The position numbers and the translations under genes were made by a program. A stretch of DNA of 63,913 bases, from positions 3,410,088-3,474,000 of the forward strand of contig NC_043025.1 in assembly GCF_006345805.1 (NCBI RefSeq). The letters run 5' to 3'. The notes beneath the pieces are model-generated. The model was not told the DNA's origin. It did not search any database and was given only the letters and a program-made list of their open reading frames with translations. The first letter of the stretch is position 1, and every line of letters begins with the position of its first letter. The DNA is from Octopus sinensis. Taxonomy: Eukaryota. Positions 62,126-63,913 of this stretch are shown here, in pieces.

Positions 62126-63635
62126 TCTGGAAAATATATGCTATTCTTTCCCCTATTTCTATTTCACTATCAAACTGGTGAACTGCTGTCTTCAACAACG
62201 AATCTACTTGGCTGTCATACAGCGACTGACCGTTGGGCAATTGGCAACTCTTGACTCAGTGTGGCTAACTCGGGATAAATTTTATTGATCAGAATCATTA
62301 GAATCTGCATATAGTTGTCAAGCAAAAATTGCTTTCACCTTGAAAAGCAAACACCATATCACTGGCATTAAGATTATTAAAACCAAAATCTGGACGTGGT
62401 AAGAAATCTTATTAAGTGATTGGCATTTCACACAAAATCTAGACATTATAGAAAAAAATGTAATTATAGATTTAAAATGAGAATAGCAAAATAAGCGAGG
62501 AACACTTATTTGGTCTTCTGTAACAAAATCTTTGTTGTTTGTATGTGATAGAAGTGTTAGATGAGAGATAAAAGAAGTGATTCCAAGGAAAGGGATAATT
62601 AGTAGCACAAAAGGGGATGGAATATGTGCAGTTCAGCTCTTATATAATTACATCAACTGAGGAAATTATACCATAGTCAGGGGTGATCGTAGTGTGGGTG
62701 ATGTGAAGATGAGTTGGTGGGGAGGTTTGACAGATACAGATTGAATCCGTGGGAATAGATAATAAAGATATGCTTTTAAAATCCCAATTTGCTTTAGAAT
62801 GACGGTTCATCTCGTGTCGTTTGTCGTCATTTTCTGCGAGAGACTCAGCAATGGCATGGTTGGTTTTTCACTACTGCCTCCCAACCGTCTTCACTATACC
62901 AGTGCCGACGCCCCTCTTTCTCTCTTGCACCTTATATCTCATTCATTTTGCCCTGTTTTTCTCTCAACTTATATGCACATTCTCGTTCATGCAGACTGAT
63001 TCATATATATATGTACACATAAATATATACACACACACCAATACACTCCGTTCTCACCACTCAACATTTATATATACGTCCGTTAATATATAATATCATG
63101 CATTCGCAATTAAACACCAAAAGTCGTCCAGTTAAATGTCCAAAGCACAACAGTGTAGTCTCGTTATACAAGATCTTTCATATTTCTTTTTAATCTTAAT
63201 ATATTTGATGACAAATTATTAACACAAATTATATTATTAACACAACCACAGAAAAGTACAGAAAGTTGTGTTCTTCACTATAAAACATTTCTTGTGCCTG
63301 CTGCTAAATGGCTTAAAATTTCTGTGGCGGCCACAAAATGCCATACTCTCAAACCTAACCATTCAACAACTTTGTCTGTGGACGACGACACTTCTGTTTA
63401 TAGGGTTATATTAATGAGTCTAATTGTTAAAGAGATACTAGGTTAATTATCTTTTCAAATTCTTCTGCTCCTCCATCATCTGTCCTATATCTTTTTTTCT
63501 ACATCTTTTAAATGCAATAAATAAGTGTGGTAACAATGGTGGGAGAAATAATGTTCTTTATGTGTATTTACTGCTGCCGTCAACCAATACACACACATAC
63601 ACATGCGCGTGCGACTACATGAATACACACAAACG

Positions 63636-63712
<77 letters not shown>

Positions 63713-63761
63713 AAACAAGTCAAAAATAGAAAATGCTAAGATGATTTTATAGTGAATCTTT

Positions 63762-63799
63762 CAGTACCGGTTTCGGTCATTTCGAGACCTTTTCAACTG
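63762..63799 (-). ncRNA. Minimal type-I hammerhead motif with U3-A8 core variant
   Basis: Minus strand: CAG UUGAAAA GGUC-ucgaaau-GACC GAAA C-CG-G UA CUG. Confidence 0.6.
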
Positions 63800-63913
63800 T
63801 AACGATTAAATAATTAAATTTAGAAAAATTTAGAAAAATTAGAAGAAAGGTTTTTTTAAAGGAATACTTCCATAGTAGTGTTCAGATATAGGTGGCATTC
63901 TGCCTTTCTCTGA

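Noticed and set aside
1-63913. CRISPR arrays, rRNA or prokaryote-type operons
   Set aside because: No repeat-spacer arrays or rRNA-like sequence; the window is spliceosomal-intron eukaryotic DNA.

Overview
Repeat-dense metazoan genomic DNA. The SINE families, microsatellite load and transposon set suggest an octopus or other coleoid cephalopod (inference). The ORF track misses the real gene: a + strand, intron-rich adhesion GPCR, recovered here as 11 GT-AG exons (10493-59453, 1477 nt, 492 full codons) whose splice phases all join without a stop. The ectodomain reads LRR, LRRCT, 12-Cys Ly6/uPAR (three-finger)-like domain, SEA-like domain, hormone-receptor (HRM) domain, then the N-terminal part of GAIN, with 15 N-glycosylation sequons. 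The signal peptide and earlier LRRs were not found in this window, and neither were the GPS or 7TM. I do not recognise this domain order from vertebrate aGPCR families. The introns hold R4/Dong-like, RTE, Tx1/L1 and Penelope-like retroelements, Gypsy LTR remnants, mariner, Tc1 and Chapaev3-like transposons, Helitron-like elements and tRNA-derived SINEs. Other notable structures: type-I hammerhead ribozyme motifs (one with an intact core, one with a compensatory U3-A8 core), a 2.6-kb intronic inversion that split a mariner, a 3.5-kb Penelope palindrome and several long hairpins. TE boundaries are approximate unless TIRs, LTRs or TSDs are given.
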